Assembly (NCBI GenBank): GCA_963846105.1
Contig: CAWJUT010000019.1
Coordinates: forward strand, 81,447-145,446
DNA: 64,000 bases
Origin: an uncultured delta proteobacterium
GTDB taxonomy: Bacteria > Desulfobacterota > Binatia > UTPRO1
Reading direction: 5' to 3'
Position numbers and translations under genes: made by a program. Within the stretch, counting starts at the first letter, position 1. Every line of letters starts with the position of its first letter. Shown piece by piece: positions 1 to 10,649 of this stretch. Below the pieces are notes generated by a model. That model made no database searches. It was not told where the DNA came from and saw only the letters and a list, made by a program, of their open reading frames with translations.

Positions 1-2974
1 ACGAGTTCCACTTCGATCCGGCGGTGGCGTTCATTTCGAACGGCGACGGCACCTTCACCGAGCGGGCGGCAGAGCTCGGTCTCGACGATACGCTGCCGGG
101 CCGCGGTGTGGTCGCGTTCGACTACGACCGCGACGGCGACGTCGATCTGTTCATCTCGAACAACCAGGGGCCGTCACGCCTGTACCGCAACGACGGCGGC
201 ATCGGCGGCTGGCTGACCGTGAAGCTGCGCGGCCGGGCACCGAACAGCGAGGCGATCGGTGCCCGTGTGCGGGTCACATCCGAGGAAGGGGCACAGCTGC
301 GCGAGCTGCGGGCGGGCAGCAACTTCGTCTCGCAGGATCCGGCCGAGGCCCATTTCGGGCTCGGCGGCGTGCGCACGGTGACGGTCGAGGTGATCTGGCC
401 GGACGGCGCGCGCTCGGTTCGTGACCCGGTCGCGGCGGATCGTGTCCTGGTGATCGACCAGCCGCCGCCCGGAGTCGACGAGCAGACCGAAGGGCAGCTC
501 GACTGCATCCTGGCGCTCAACAAGGCGGCCGCGCGCGTCGCAGTCGCCGCCGGCAAGCGGCTCGTCTACTGCGTGCGCTCCGGTACGACGGGAACGTTGC
601 CGGCGGGACAAAACGCCGACGCGTGCCTTGCCGGCGACCCCCAGGGCAAGCTCGCGCGGGCGCAGGCCAAGGTCGAGGATGTCGCCGCGGAGGAATGCGC
701 TTTGGCGCCGACCTTCGGTCCCGTCTCGGCCGCGGTCGTGAATGGCGCGTTCACCGGCGTGCTCCGCGTGCACGACGTCTTCGGGCCCGACGTCGATGCC
801 GCGTTGCTCGACGCCAGCACCGACCCGGCGGGGGCGGCCTGCCAGATGGCGGTGGCGAAGGGCATGGCGAAGATCGCGAACGCCGAGGTGAAAGCGTTCA
901 ACGCCTGCAAGAAGGCCGGCCTCCGGCAGGGCACGATCCGTTCCGCCGCCGATCTGCAGGCCTGCTACGCGGCCACCACCGGCGCGACGGTGGCGCGCGT
1001 GGTCGCGCGCGCGCAGCGCAAGGTGAGCCAGCAGTGCGGGTTCACGAGCCTCGCCGCGGCGTTCCCCGGCAAGTGCGCCGGCGCCCTGCTCGACGACCTT
1101 TTTGGCTGTCTCGAAGCGCAGGCGAGTTGCGGCGTCTGCCTGGCGCTCAACGCCGCCGACCGGTTGACCAAACCGTGCCACCGTTTCACCGACGGCGTGG
1201 CGAGCGTCTACTGCGGCGATGCGCCCGCGACGGACTTTTCCATCGCGCGCGAATGGGACGAGCAGCTCCTCGCGGCGATCCGGCGCGACACGCCGCGTCC
1301 GACCGTCCACGCGCGCAACCTCTTTCATCTCTCGGCGGCGATGTGGGACGCCTGGCGCGCATACGGCGGCGGCGGGAGCGCGTGGCTCACCGACGAGTCG
1401 CACGCCTCCGCTGATCCCGATCGCGACCGCCGCATCGCCATCAGCTTCGCGGCGTTCCGCATTCTTTCGGCGCGCTTCCAGAGTGGCCCTGGGGTGATCG
1501 CGACGCAAGCCGCGCTCCGCGCGCATCTCTACGCGCTCGGCTTCGACCTCGACTACACGACCACGGCCGGCGACGCGCCGGCGGCGGTGGGCAATCGGAT
1601 CGGCGCCGCCATGCTGGCTTTCGGCCTCGCTGACGGCTCGAACGAGCAGGGAAACTACAGCGATCCGACCTACACGCCTGTGAACGCGCCGCTCGTCGTA
1701 GAACAGCCCGGGACGGTGATGGTCGATCCGAACCGCTGGCAGCCGCTCGCCCTCGATCTCATCATCACGCAAAACGGCATCCCGCTGCCGGACAAGGTGC
1801 AGTCGATCGTCGGCCCGGGCTGGAACGACGTGGTGCCGTTCGCGCTCACACGCAGCGACCCCGAGGACGTCTACATCGATCCAGGGCCCCCGCCGCAGCT
1901 CGGCGGCGCCGACGACGCCGGCTACAAAGAAGGGCGCGCGCCAGGTGATCGAGCTCTCGAGCCGTCTCGACCCCGGCGACGGCGTGATGATGGACATTTC
2001 ACCCGGCGCGTTCGGCAACAATCCGCTCGGCTCGAACGCCGGCACCGGGCATCCGCTCAACCCCGTCACCGGCCAGCCCTACGCTCCCAACGTCGTGCCG
2101 CGCGGCGACTTCTTGCGCGTGCTGGCCGAGTTCTGGGCGGACGGCCCTGAATCGGAGACGCCGCCGGGGCACTGGAACGTGCTCGCCAACGAGGTCTCGG
2201 ACGTCCTGCCGGTTCTTCAAATTAGTGGGACCGGTCCGGTCCTCGACCGTCTCGAGTGGGACGTGAAGCTCTACCTCACGCTGAACGGCGCCGTGCACGA
2301 CGCGGCGATCGTCGCCTGGGGGCTCAAGCGCGAGTACGACTCGGTGCGGCCGATCTCGATGATCCGGCATCATCGCGGGCAAGGGTCAGTCTTCCGACCC
2401 CATGGGGCCGTCATACGCACCGGACGGCCTGCCGCTTCAGCCCGGTCTCATCGAGGTGATCACGCCGGCAACCACCGCCCCCGGGGAGCGCCACGAGGCG
2501 CTCGCCGGTCACGAGGGCGAGATCGCGATCCTTGCCTACGCCGGCCCACCCACCGACCCGAACACCGGTCCGGTCGGGACGCGCTGGATGCGGGGCGTCG
2601 AGTGGACGACGTACCAGAAGCGGACGTTCGTGACCCCGGCGTTCCCCGGTTACACGTCGGGGCACAGCACGTTCAGCCGCGCCGCCGCCGAGGTGATGAC
2701 GGCGTTCACAGGCGATCCCTTCTTCCCGGGTGGGATCGGGGAATTTCACGCGCTGTCGAACGCGTACCTCACGGTCGAACGCGGGCCGAGCGTCGACGTC
2801 ACGTTGCAGTGGGCGACGTACTACGATGCCGCCGACCTCGCCGGTCAGTCACGGCCAGCGGGCGGCATCCACGTCTACCCCGACGACTTCAACGGCCGCA
2901 TCACCGGCTCGCAGGTAGGCCTCGGGGCGTTCGACCGCGCGCTCGACTACTTCGCGGGCACCGTCGGGCCGTAG
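1..2974 (+). CDS. FG-GAP/ASPIC-UnbV protein fused to a vanadium-haloperoxidase/PAP2-like domain (5' partial; two apparent frameshifts near 1920 and 2390)
   Basis: The N-terminal part has FG-GAP/UnbV-like repeats (DYDRDGDVDLFISN, RLYRNDG, EAIGARVRV, FVSQD). It is followed by a Cys-rich linker and then PAP2/haloperoxidase motifs (KREYDSVRP, PGYTSGHS, SRPAGGIHVYPDD). The reading frame moves 0 to 1 to 2 across the gene, and the ORF is open to the window start. Confidence 0.6.
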
Positions 2975-3013
2975 AGGTTGACGCGACCGTCTGCGCGCCT
3001 GTTGAGCCCGCGG

Positions 3014-3919
3014 TTACTTGGCGCAGCGGAAGCCAGTGATGCGGCTGCGATTATGCGGCGGCGCGCCGGCGAAAATGGCGAACACGCCGTTGCGTGTGCC
3101 GGCGGCGAAGTTGCCGCCGCGGATCAACGCGCCGGGGAATTGCGGGTTGAGCGGGAAGATGTCGGCCTCGGCGGAGGCCATGATGCGCGGGCGCTTGCTC
3201 GGTGCTTGTGCGGGAGCGGGCGTGGGTGTCGCTTCCGGACCATTCGGACCGACGCAGGTGATGTCGTCGCCGAACTCGGCGTCCCAGTTGGCGCAGGTCG
3301 TGCCCGTCGCCAGGTCGGACCAGTTGCCGACCCATTCCCAGATGTTGCCGACCATGTCGTACGTGCCCCAGCTCGAGACGCACGCCGTGCGGGCGCCGGC
3401 GATCGAGGATTCCTCCGTGTTGGTGTTGCAGGTGGTGCTGCCATCGTCGGCGTTGCCGGGATCCGGCGTGCCGGCGGCCGCCGCCTGCCATTCTTGATTG
3501 GTGACGAGACGCTTGCCCGCAAGACGGCACGCCTGCTCGGCTTGAAACCAGGTGATGCAGCTGGTCGGCCGGACGCCCGGGATCGAGACCGCGTACACCG
3601 GCTCGGTCCAGTTGCCGGTATCGGGGAAGGTCGGGCCGAAGGTGCAGCTCGTGCACGTGTCGTTGCCGAGCGGCACCGAACAGAGCTGGGTGGCGCCAGC
3701 CCCTTGCAGGTCCGCGAGCGTCGCCTTGCCGCGCTTGATGCGCGCGATGAGCGCGCCGCTATCCGCGGGAACGCGCCAGGCGCTCGCCTCGTACTTGTCG
3801 ACGCAGATCGTGCCCACCGGCACGGAGTCACGCGCGCACCGTAACGACGCGGCGTGGGTCGTGGCGGCAAGCATGGGAGAAATCGCAACCAGGGTGAGCA
3901 AGAGCCGCGCGGTTTTCAT
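3014..3919 (-). CDS. secreted FGE-sulfatase-fold protein (SUMF1/EgtB/PvdO family)
   Basis: Has an N-terminal signal peptide. Diagnostic FGE-fold motifs are present: CVDKYEAS, YDMVGNIWEWV, RGGNF and a C-terminal GFRCA. Confidence 0.8.
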   Translation of the reverse strand: MKTARLLLTLVAISPMLAATTHAASLRCARDSVPVGTICVDKYEASAWRVPADSGALIARIKRGKATLADLQGAGATQLCSVPLGNDTCTSCTFGPTFPDTGNWTEPVYAVSIPGVRPTSCITWFQAEQACRLAGKRLVTNQEWQAAAAGTPDPGNADDGSTTCNTNTEESSIAGARTACVSSWGTYDMVGNIWEWVGNWSDLATGTTCANWDAEFGDDITCVGPNGPEATPTPAPAQAPSKRPRIMASAEADIFPLNPQFPGALIRGGNFAAGTRNGVFAIFAGAPPHNRSRITGFRCAK

Positions 3920-4031
3920 GGGTGCAGGGCCTCCTTCGGCGGGAACGGCTCCGCGGATACTACGGGCAACACCCGACGCACGTCAATGCGAGATAATCGG
4001 GTCGTGGCGCGTTGTGCTATGAAGCCCCGCC

Positions 4032-5756
4032 GTGGACGCGCCGCCTCAGCTCTCGATCCTCGCCGCGTGGGCGGCGATCGTACTCATCCTGCTGGGTCTC
4101 GGTGGCGTCGTCCGTTGGCTCGGGAAATGGCCGGCGCGCGACACGGATGCCCTTCTGCGCTCGGTCTGGTTGGGGTTCGCCGTGCTCGTGTGCTTCCTGC
4201 AGATCTGGCATCTCTTTCTTCCCATCGACGCGCGTGCGGTCGTCGTCTCGGCGAGCGTCGGCGCGTGCGGTCTCGTCCTCTGCGCGCGCGACTACGCCGG
4301 CGCGTTGCGACACCGCCTGGCGCGCAACTGGCACGTGATCCTGGCCGCGGCGATCGTCGCGGTGTGGTTGGCCAACCTCTCGACCGCGGGACCGCGCTTC
4401 GGGGATGTCGGTTCGTACTACGTTCCGATGGTACGCTGGATCAGCGAGTACGCGATCGTTCCCGGCCTCGGCAATCTGTATCTGCCGTTCGGGCACGGCC
4501 AATCGTACTTGCTGTATGTCGCCTGGCTCGACGTCGGCCCGTTTGCGCGGCGATCGTTCCACGTCGCCAATGGTGTGCTTCTCCTGATCGTGTTCGCGCG
4601 CGGCCTGGTCGGCGCCGGCCGGCTGCTGCGACGCGAGGGTGGCGCGCGTCCTGCCGACGTGTTCTACGTCTGCTGCATTCCCGCCCTCGTCCAACTGGCC
4701 GCGAGCATCTATCTCACCAGCCCGATGCCGGAGCCGGCGTTGTTCGTCCTCGGTCTCGTCTTGTCGGGTGAGCTCCTGGCCTTGCTCGACCAACCGACCG
4801 CCGACGGTGAGCGCCTGCGATCACTGTACACGTTGATCCTGCTCGCCGCCGTGGCGGTGACGTTGAAGTTGTCGATCGCCGGTCTTGCCGTGTGCGTGGC
4901 GTTGGTCGCTCTCGTCGCATGGATGGCCCGGGCGCGGCCATCGCGAGGCGCGGTGGCAGTCACATTCGCCAGCCTCGGCATACTCGGCGGGGTCGTTTTC
5001 GGGCCCTGGGTGGTGCGCAACGTCATCTCGACCGGCCTCCCGTTCTTCCCGAGCCCGTTCGCCGGGGTTCCGGTCGAGTGGCGTGTGACCGCCGACATGG
5101 TCGAATGGATCCAGGGGCCGATCCGGCCCCCGCCGTTGTCCGCCATCGTGCATGACCCGTCCTGGTTCCTGCGGCGCCTCCAGTCCCTGGCATGGACCGA
5201 GCGCGAGGTCATCGAGCCGTTGATCGTGGCGCTCGCCGCGGTCGTCGTGGCCGCGGTCACGCGCCTCTGGCTGTGGCGCCGGCGTGTCCCGGCGCTCGTC
5301 CCGGCCGTCGTGCTGCTGCCGACCATCGTCTCACTGGTGTTCACGCTTTCGACCACGCCCATGCCGCGCTACGCTGGCGCGGCCGTGTGGCTGATTCCGA
5401 TCCAGATCCTCGTCATCGGTTGCGCGGCAGCGATTCTCGGGGCGCCGCGGCGATGGCGGGTCGCGATCGTCACCGTCGTGCTGGCCTACGCCGTGGTGCC
5501 GGTGTGGCGCGAGCCGGACACGCTCGCCTGGCGTACGGCTTTCGAGCCGATGTCGCGGACACCGGTCGATGAGGTGACGTTGCCGACCGGCTTGATCGTT
5601 CACGTCCCCCGGCAGCATTCGACGTGCTGGGACGCGCCGCTGCCATGTACGCCCGAGCCGCAGGCGGGCCTTCGCCTGCGCCGCCAGGGAGAGATCGGCT
5701 CGGGATTCTGGGTCGATCCCAGCGTGCCGCCCGCCGATCGAGCCGCGACACCCTGA
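4032..5756 (+). CDS. polytopic integral membrane protein (about 12 TM helices; GT-C-like glycosyltransferase or polymerase candidate)
   Basis: 574-aa ORF of alternating hydrophobic helices with a C-terminal soluble tail. GTG start. Sits beside two GT39-like genes. Confidence 0.5.
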   Translation: MDAPPQLSILAAWAAIVLILLGLGGVVRWLGKWPARDTDALLRSVWLGFAVLVCFLQIWHLFLPIDARAVVVSASVGACGLVLCARDYAGALRHRLARNWHVILAAAIVAVWLANLSTAGPRFGDVGSYYVPMVRWISEYAIVPGLGNLYLPFGHGQSYLLYVAWLDVGPFARRSFHVANGVLLLIVFARGLVGAGRLLRREGGARPADVFYVCCIPALVQLAASIYLTSPMPEPALFVLGLVLSGELLALLDQPTADGERLRSLYTLILLAAVAVTLKLSIAGLAVCVALVALVAWMARARPSRGAVAVTFASLGILGGVVFGPWVVRNVISTGLPFFPSPFAGVPVEWRVTADMVEWIQGPIRPPPLSAIVHDPSWFLRRLQSLAWTEREVIEPLIVALAAVVVAAVTRLWLWRRRVPALVPAVVLLPTIVSLVFTLSTTPMPRYAGAAVWLIPIQILVIGCAAAILGAPRRWRVAIVTVVLAYAVVPVWREPDTLAWRTAFEPMSRTPVDEVTLPTGLIVHVPRQHSTCWDAPLPCTPEPQAGLRLRRQGEIGSGFWVDPSVPPADRAATP

Positions 5757-5959
5757 GCGCATGGGGAAGCGATCACGCGAGAAGCGCGACCGTGAGCGCG
5801 CGCCGTCGGCGGCAACCGCGCCCCCGCGCCCGGTCTCGACGCCGGCCTCGAGCGCAGCGCCCCGGGCGCGACCGCCGGCGGCGAGCGCGCCGCCGCGGCA
5901 GCACGACGTCATTCGCGTGGCCGCGCTGGCCGAGCGCCGGCGAGGCGCCGAGCTGGACG

Positions 5960-7816
5960 GTGGTGGCCGGCGTCTTCGGACTCGCGCTCGTCATCCGCGG
6001 CGTCTTGCTCTCGCAGATGTCGCAGAGCCCGTACCTCGCCATCGACAACATCGACGCCAAAGCATACCGGATCTGGGCCGAGCAGATCCTGGCCGGGGAC
6101 TGGCTTCCCCGGCGGCATTTCTACCAGTCGCCTCTCTACGCCTACTATCTCGCCGGCGTCTATGGCGTGTTCGCTTCGTCGCCGTGGCCGCCGCGCATCA
6201 TTCAGGTGCTCCTCGGAAGCGCGAGCGCCGCGTTGCTGGTCGTCATCGGATCGAAGCTCTTCAATCGGCGGGTGGGCCTGATCGCCGGCCTGCTGCTCGC
6301 CACCTACGGACCGATGATCCTCGAGGAGATCTCGCTCGCCAAGACCGTGTTGCTCTGCTTCGGCGGTCTTCTCGGGTTTCTTTGCTTCCTCGACGCGCTC
6401 GAGCGGCGGCACCCGCTGCGCATGGCGGTCGCGGGCGGAATCTTCGGGGTCACGATCATCGGCGTCGGCCAGTGGCTGCTGGCGCTCGTCGGTCTCACCG
6501 CCTACGCCGCGTTCGATCGAGCGCTGCCGCGTCGCGCTGCGCGTCGCCTGGCCGCCCTGTTCCTCGGCACGGCGCTGGTCGCGCTCCTCCCCGTGGTCGT
6601 CTGGAACAGCTACTGGGGCGGCGGCTTCATGTTGACGAGCGGGGACGCCGGCCTGAACCTCTACCTCGGCAACAACCCGCTCGCGACCGGATTGACGGGG
6701 CGGCCGCGCGGTCTGCGCGACGTCCCGGAGTTCGAGGAGCGCGATTCACGCGCGCTTGCCGAGCGTGAAGCCGGACACGCGCTCACGCCGGCGGCGGTGT
6801 CGCGTCATTGGTCGCGGAGCGCGCTGGCATGGGCGGTCGGCAACCCGCTCGCGTTCGCCGACACCACGCGCAAGAAGCTGACGGTGCTTTTGAACAGCTA
6901 CGAGATCCCGGACAGCTATCACTTCGCCTTCATCCGCGCGCAGTACATCCCATGGCTGTGGGCCGGCAGCACGTTCGCGACCGTCGGCCCGCTCGCGCTC
7001 CTCGGTCTGGTCCTCGCGGGGCGCCACCGCCGCGCCCTTCCTCTCTACGTGATCTCGCTCAGCTACCTCGCGGTGATCACGCTCTTCTACGTGCGCTCCC
7101 GCTATCGGATGCCGGCGGTGCCGTTCCTGATGATATTCGCCGCCGCCGCCGTCGATGCGACCGTCGACATGCTCCGGCGTCGCGATTGGAACGCCACGTT
7201 GGCCGTCGCGGCTGGATTGATCGGCGCCACCGTGCTCGTCAACCACACGTATTGCGAGCCGCCGCGCGAGCGCACGCCGGCGATCTGTTTCGGGGGCGAC
7301 GTGTGGTTCGACATCGAGCAGCAGAAGCTCGCCGAGTGGTACGAGAAGAACGGCGACCCGGAGACCGCGCTCGGCTATCTACGCCGTGCCGCCGCCGGCG
7401 AATCGCTGCGCGGTCCAGGTCAGCTCTACCTGTGGATCGGCCGCCTCGAGCTGTTCTTGGCGCAGCGCGCGCGTGCCGCGGGCGACGCGGCGCGTGCGAC
7501 CGCACGCCTGGCCGCCGCCGTGCCGGCTTTGCAGGCCGCCGTCGGGCACGCGTATCACGAGTACGAGGCGCAGACCTATCTCGCCGACGTGTACCAGCTC
7601 CAGGGCAATGCCGAGCGCGCCATCGCCGCCAGCGACGCCGCCATGCGTGCGCGCCCGCGCGATCCGATCGTGTTGCTCTCGGCGCTGCGCGTGCGCGTGG
7701 CGCTCGGTCGCTGCGACGACGCCATGCGCTTGCGGGGCGAGCTCAGGCGGCTCCGTCCGAACGACCCGGAGGCCGATCGGATCGTCGCGCCGTGCGGGGC
7801 GTCGCCGCAGGGGTGA
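5960..7816 (+). CDS. glycosyltransferase family 39 (PMT/ArnT-like) membrane protein with C-terminal TPR repeats
   Basis: The N-terminal half is multi-TM with a GT39-like motif (SPYLAIDNIDAKAYRIWAEQILAG). The C-terminal 250 aa are TPR-like. A GTG start around 5960 is proposed; an alternative ATG at 5761 would need a frameshift. Confidence 0.6.
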   Translation: MVAGVFGLALVIRGVLLSQMSQSPYLAIDNIDAKAYRIWAEQILAGDWLPRRHFYQSPLYAYYLAGVYGVFASSPWPPRIIQVLLGSASAALLVVIGSKLFNRRVGLIAGLLLATYGPMILEEISLAKTVLLCFGGLLGFLCFLDALERRHPLRMAVAGGIFGVTIIGVGQWLLALVGLTAYAAFDRALPRRAARRLAALFLGTALVALLPVVVWNSYWGGGFMLTSGDAGLNLYLGNNPLATGLTGRPRGLRDVPEFEERDSRALAEREAGHALTPAAVSRHWSRSALAWAVGNPLAFADTTRKKLTVLLNSYEIPDSYHFAFIRAQYIPWLWAGSTFATVGPLALLGLVLAGRHRRALPLYVISLSYLAVITLFYVRSRYRMPAVPFLMIFAAAAVDATVDMLRRRDWNATLAVAAGLIGATVLVNHTYCEPPRERTPAICFGGDVWFDIEQQKLAEWYEKNGDPETALGYLRRAAAGESLRGPGQLYLWIGRLELFLAQRARAAGDAARATARLAAAVPALQAAVGHAYHEYEAQTYLADVYQLQGNAERAIAASDAAMRARPRDPIVLLSALRVRVALGRCDDAMRLRGELRRLRPNDPEADRIVAPCGASPQG

Positions 7817-7824
7817 CGGCCCGC

Positions 7825-8844
7825 TCAGGGCGCGTCGCCGGCGGCGCGACGCGGTGCAACTCCAGCGCGCATCGCGTCGAAGACCGTGCGGGCGATGCGC
7901 GCATGCCCGGCCGCGGTCGGATGATGCAGATCGGGGAGGAAGAGGTCGTCGTGGTTCGTCGACGCGAACGCAGGCTGGAGGTCGATCATCGTCAGCCCTT
8001 CGGTCTCGCTGACGTGTCGGATGACGGCGTCGATCGCGATCTCGCCCGGCCGCCGCTCGTGGATGAGGTAGTCGTCCTCGGAGAGCGGCGTCCGTCCGAA
8101 GAGCGCGTGGTAGTACTCGGTGCGCGTGTAGGGGTTCGACGGAAGCTCGCGGTGCGGGTAGGTGAGAAGCGCGCACGCGACCTGCGCCGCGTGGCACATA
8201 CGGGCGATCTGGCGGAGATTCTTGCGGGCGATCTCCTGGTAGGCGCGAAAATCGTAGAGTCGCATGGCGGTGGTCTGGGGAATGATCTCGACGTCGTCGA
8301 GGACGAGCGTACGACTCCGATACGTCAGCGCGTGCTTGACGACGCGAAAGAGCCGCGAGCGCTCGAGCCAGATGTCGACCGTGCTCTCCCAGGGTACCGG
8401 CTTGGCATGCTCCGCGGCGTGGGCGGCGAAGTCGCCGTCGTTCGCGTTCCATCCGGTCAGGATCAAGAGCAGGCGCGCGTCGCCGGCCTTGAGTGCTTTC
8501 GAGACCTCCTGCGTCACCACGCTGCTGCTTGCTCCCGGCTCGGCGACGGTGCGGACGTCGGGCGCGTCGGCGCCTTCCTCGGCGCGTAGCAGGTCGCCGA
8601 GGAGCGATGGCCAGGCCTCGTCACGGCGAACGCCCTGACCGTAGGTGAAGGAATCGCCGATACAATAGATGACGTCCGCGCCGGGGCGGGTTGCTCCGAC
8701 GCCCTGATCGCGCGCCAGCACGAAAGCCGCGGCGCGCACGGCGCCCTCGGCCGCGAGAAGCATCCCGAGAAGCCAGAGTCCGAGCCATGCCGCGGTACGT
8801 CCGGGACCGCGACCCGGGCGCTCGATAGCGGGCGTGCTCGTCAT
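7825..8844 (-). CDS. SGNH/GDSL-family hydrolase (secreted or membrane-anchored)
   Basis: Carries the block I motif IYCIGDSFTYG, a GWND-like block and the DxxHP catalytic motif. Has an N-terminal hydrophobic segment. Its start overlaps the upstream gene stop as ATGA. Confidence 0.75.
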   Translation of the reverse strand: MTSTPAIERPGRGPGRTAAWLGLWLLGMLLAAEGAVRAAAFVLARDQGVGATRPGADVIYCIGDSFTYGQGVRRDEAWPSLLGDLLRAEEGADAPDVRTVAEPGASSSVVTQEVSKALKAGDARLLLILTGWNANDGDFAAHAAEHAKPVPWESTVDIWLERSRLFRVVKHALTYRSRTLVLDDVEIIPQTTAMRLYDFRAYQEIARKNLRQIARMCHAAQVACALLTYPHRELPSNPYTRTEYYHALFGRTPLSEDDYLIHERRPGEIAIDAVIRHVSETEGLTMIDLQPAFASTNHDDLFLPDLHHPTAAGHARIARTVFDAMRAGVAPRRAAGDAP

Positions 8845-10649
8845 CGCGCTTCGGACCCCGCGAGACGGCGCACGTCCTCGGGCGTGACGTCGAAGACGTA
8901 GATCGATCGTCCGACGCGGGCGACGGGGTCGAGCCGGTCGAACCACGACCACGCGCCCGCCCGCACGCCGAGAATGCGCTCACCCGCGTACGTCACGGCG
9001 TAGGGATAGCCGGCGAGAAAGTTGGCGCTGACGGCGCAGAGCCCGGCGGTCGGGCTCGTCGGTGGAAGGGAGTACTCGATGCCGTAGAGCCCTGGATCCA
9101 CGTGGCCGAAGTAGCCGAGGCAGATCCTGTTCTGCCCGCGCGCGTCGAGATAGGTCTTCAAACGCCCGAGATCCTGTCCCCAGTCGAGATTCGAGTCGAG
9201 AAGAACGCGACGGGCATGATCGGTCGGCCACGCGAGCTCGTTGAAGTAGGCGAGGTGGTGGGGCGCGGCGAGCAGCGACGCGGTCAGTTGCCAGAGCAGC
9301 AGGACGGCGACGGCGACGGCCGAACGACCTCCCCTGAGAAGGACGTCGACTCCACGGCCGGCGAGCAGGACGAGGAACGGGAATGCCGGCAACAGATAAC
9401 GGACCCCGTAGAACTTTCCGTAGTGGAACGAGAGCACGTACAGCAGCAGCAGCGGCGGCAGAACCATCCAGAGATCGCCTGCGCCGGACAGACGCCGCCG
9501 CGCAACCGCCCAGGCGCCGACGATCAAGAGCGCGAGCGTCGGCAGCGGCGTTTTGAAGAGGAGCGCGACGAGATAGTAGTACCACCAACCCGTCTGCGAC
9601 CAGGCGCCGAAGAGAAACGCCGGGAACTCACCCGCGCTGCTGGCGGCGACCTGGAAACGCAAGCCCTCGAGCACCGGCGCGGGCAACGGGAAGCCGGAGA
9701 AGCCGTAGACGGCGAGCACGGTCACCCATGCCGCGATGCCCATCGATGCCAGCCCGCCCGCGAAGCGGCGTACGCCGGCGCGGTCCCACCGCGGCCATCC
9801 CACCGCCGCGAGGAGGGGGAGCAACGGGACGAACAGCGCGGCGACGCCCTTCCCGGTGAGGGCGAGCCCGAAGAGCACGCCGGTGGCGACGGCCCAGCGC
9901 GCCATCGTGGTCGACGCGAAACGCTCGAGCGCGACGAATCCCGCGAACAACAGCGCCATCACGCCGACGTCGAGGGTTGCGAGCGCGCTGTGAGCGATGA
10001 TCGGCGGCATCGTGCAGTAGAGCAGCAATGCGGCCAGTGATCCGAGCGGCGAGAGCATGGTGCGCGCACGCGCCATCATCAGCAGGCCGGCGGCGACGCC
10101 GATCGCGAGCACGACGACGCGCGCGATGAAGAACGCGTCGAAGTAGTGGGCGCGGTTCATGTCCATGAAGCGGGTTCCGAAGATCCACGGTCCCCACCCG
10201 GTGCGGTTGTCGCGCCACTTCGGATCGGTATCGAGCTCCAGGTACATCGCGAGCAGCGGAACGGCCATCGCCATCTTGAGGAGCGGCGGATTCGTCGGGT
10301 CGAGCGTCAGGTCGCCGGTTCGCAAGTGGTAGTACCCCGCGGGAAGATAGACGAACTCGTCGACCGTCGGCGTGTGTGTGCGCGCGGCGATCAGGCCGTT
10401 GATGGCGAACAAGCCGAGGAGCAGCGCGCAGACGATCTGCCGGGTGCCGGGCTCGCTGGCGCGCTCCTGCAGTCGCGCGACGACCTCGGACAGCTTGGTC
10501 GTGCGTCGTGTCGGCGGAACGAGGTGACCGCCACCGGCGGTTGCGGGAGCGCGCCGCTTCTTGGAGGGCCCGGGCCGGGGTCTAGTCGCGTCCGGAATCG
10601 AGCGCCTCTCGTTCCGCGGGTGCGGATACGTCCCAGAGCGCGAGCTCAC
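8841..10649 (-). CDS. glycosyltransferase family 39 (ArnT/PMT-like) polytopic membrane protein
   Basis: About 600 aa with more than 10 TM helices. Shows GT-C/GT39 features (YFDAFFIARV...) and a conserved C-terminal NLDWGQDL motif. Confidence 0.7.
   Translation of the reverse strand: MSSRSGTYPHPRNERRSIPDATRPRPGPSKKRRAPATAGGGHLVPPTRRTTKLSEVVARLQERASEPGTRQIVCALLLGLFAINGLIAARTHTPTVDEFVYLPAGYYHLRTGDLTLDPTNPPLLKMAMAVPLLAMYLELDTDPKWRDNRTGWGPWIFGTRFMDMNRAHYFDAFFIARVVVLAIGVAAGLLMMARARTMLSPLGSLAALLLYCTMPPIIAHSALATLDVGVMALLFAGFVALERFASTTMARWAVATGVLFGLALTGKGVAALFVPLLPLLAAVGWPRWDRAGVRRFAGGLASMGIAAWVTVLAVYGFSGFPLPAPVLEGLRFQVAASSAGEFPAFLFGAWSQTGWWYYYLVALLFKTPLPTLALLIVGAWAVARRRLSGAGDLWMVLPPLLLLYVLSFHYGKFYGVRYLLPAFPFLVLLAGRGVDVLLRGGRSAVAVAVLLLWQLTASLLAAPHHLAYFNELAWPTDHARRVLLDSNLDWGQDLGRLKTYLDARGQNRICLGYFGHVDPGLYGIEYSLPPTSPTAGLCAVSANFLAGYPYAVTYAGERILGVRAGAWSWFDRLDPVARVGRSIYVFDVTPEDVRRLAGSEAR

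Noticed and set aside
174-2069. Long antisense or alternate-frame ORFs overlapping real genes. Examples are 174-2069 (minus), 3124-3888 (minus), 10646-11551 (minus), 11715-13523 (minus), 13028-14482 (minus), 16879-18216 (minus), 17859-19601 (plus), 23749-24942 (minus) and 54103-55152 (minus).
   Set aside because: Their translations are dominated by Arg, Ala, Gly and Pro with no motifs. They overlap ORFs that carry clear family signatures, and at roughly 70% GC stop codons are rare in all frames.
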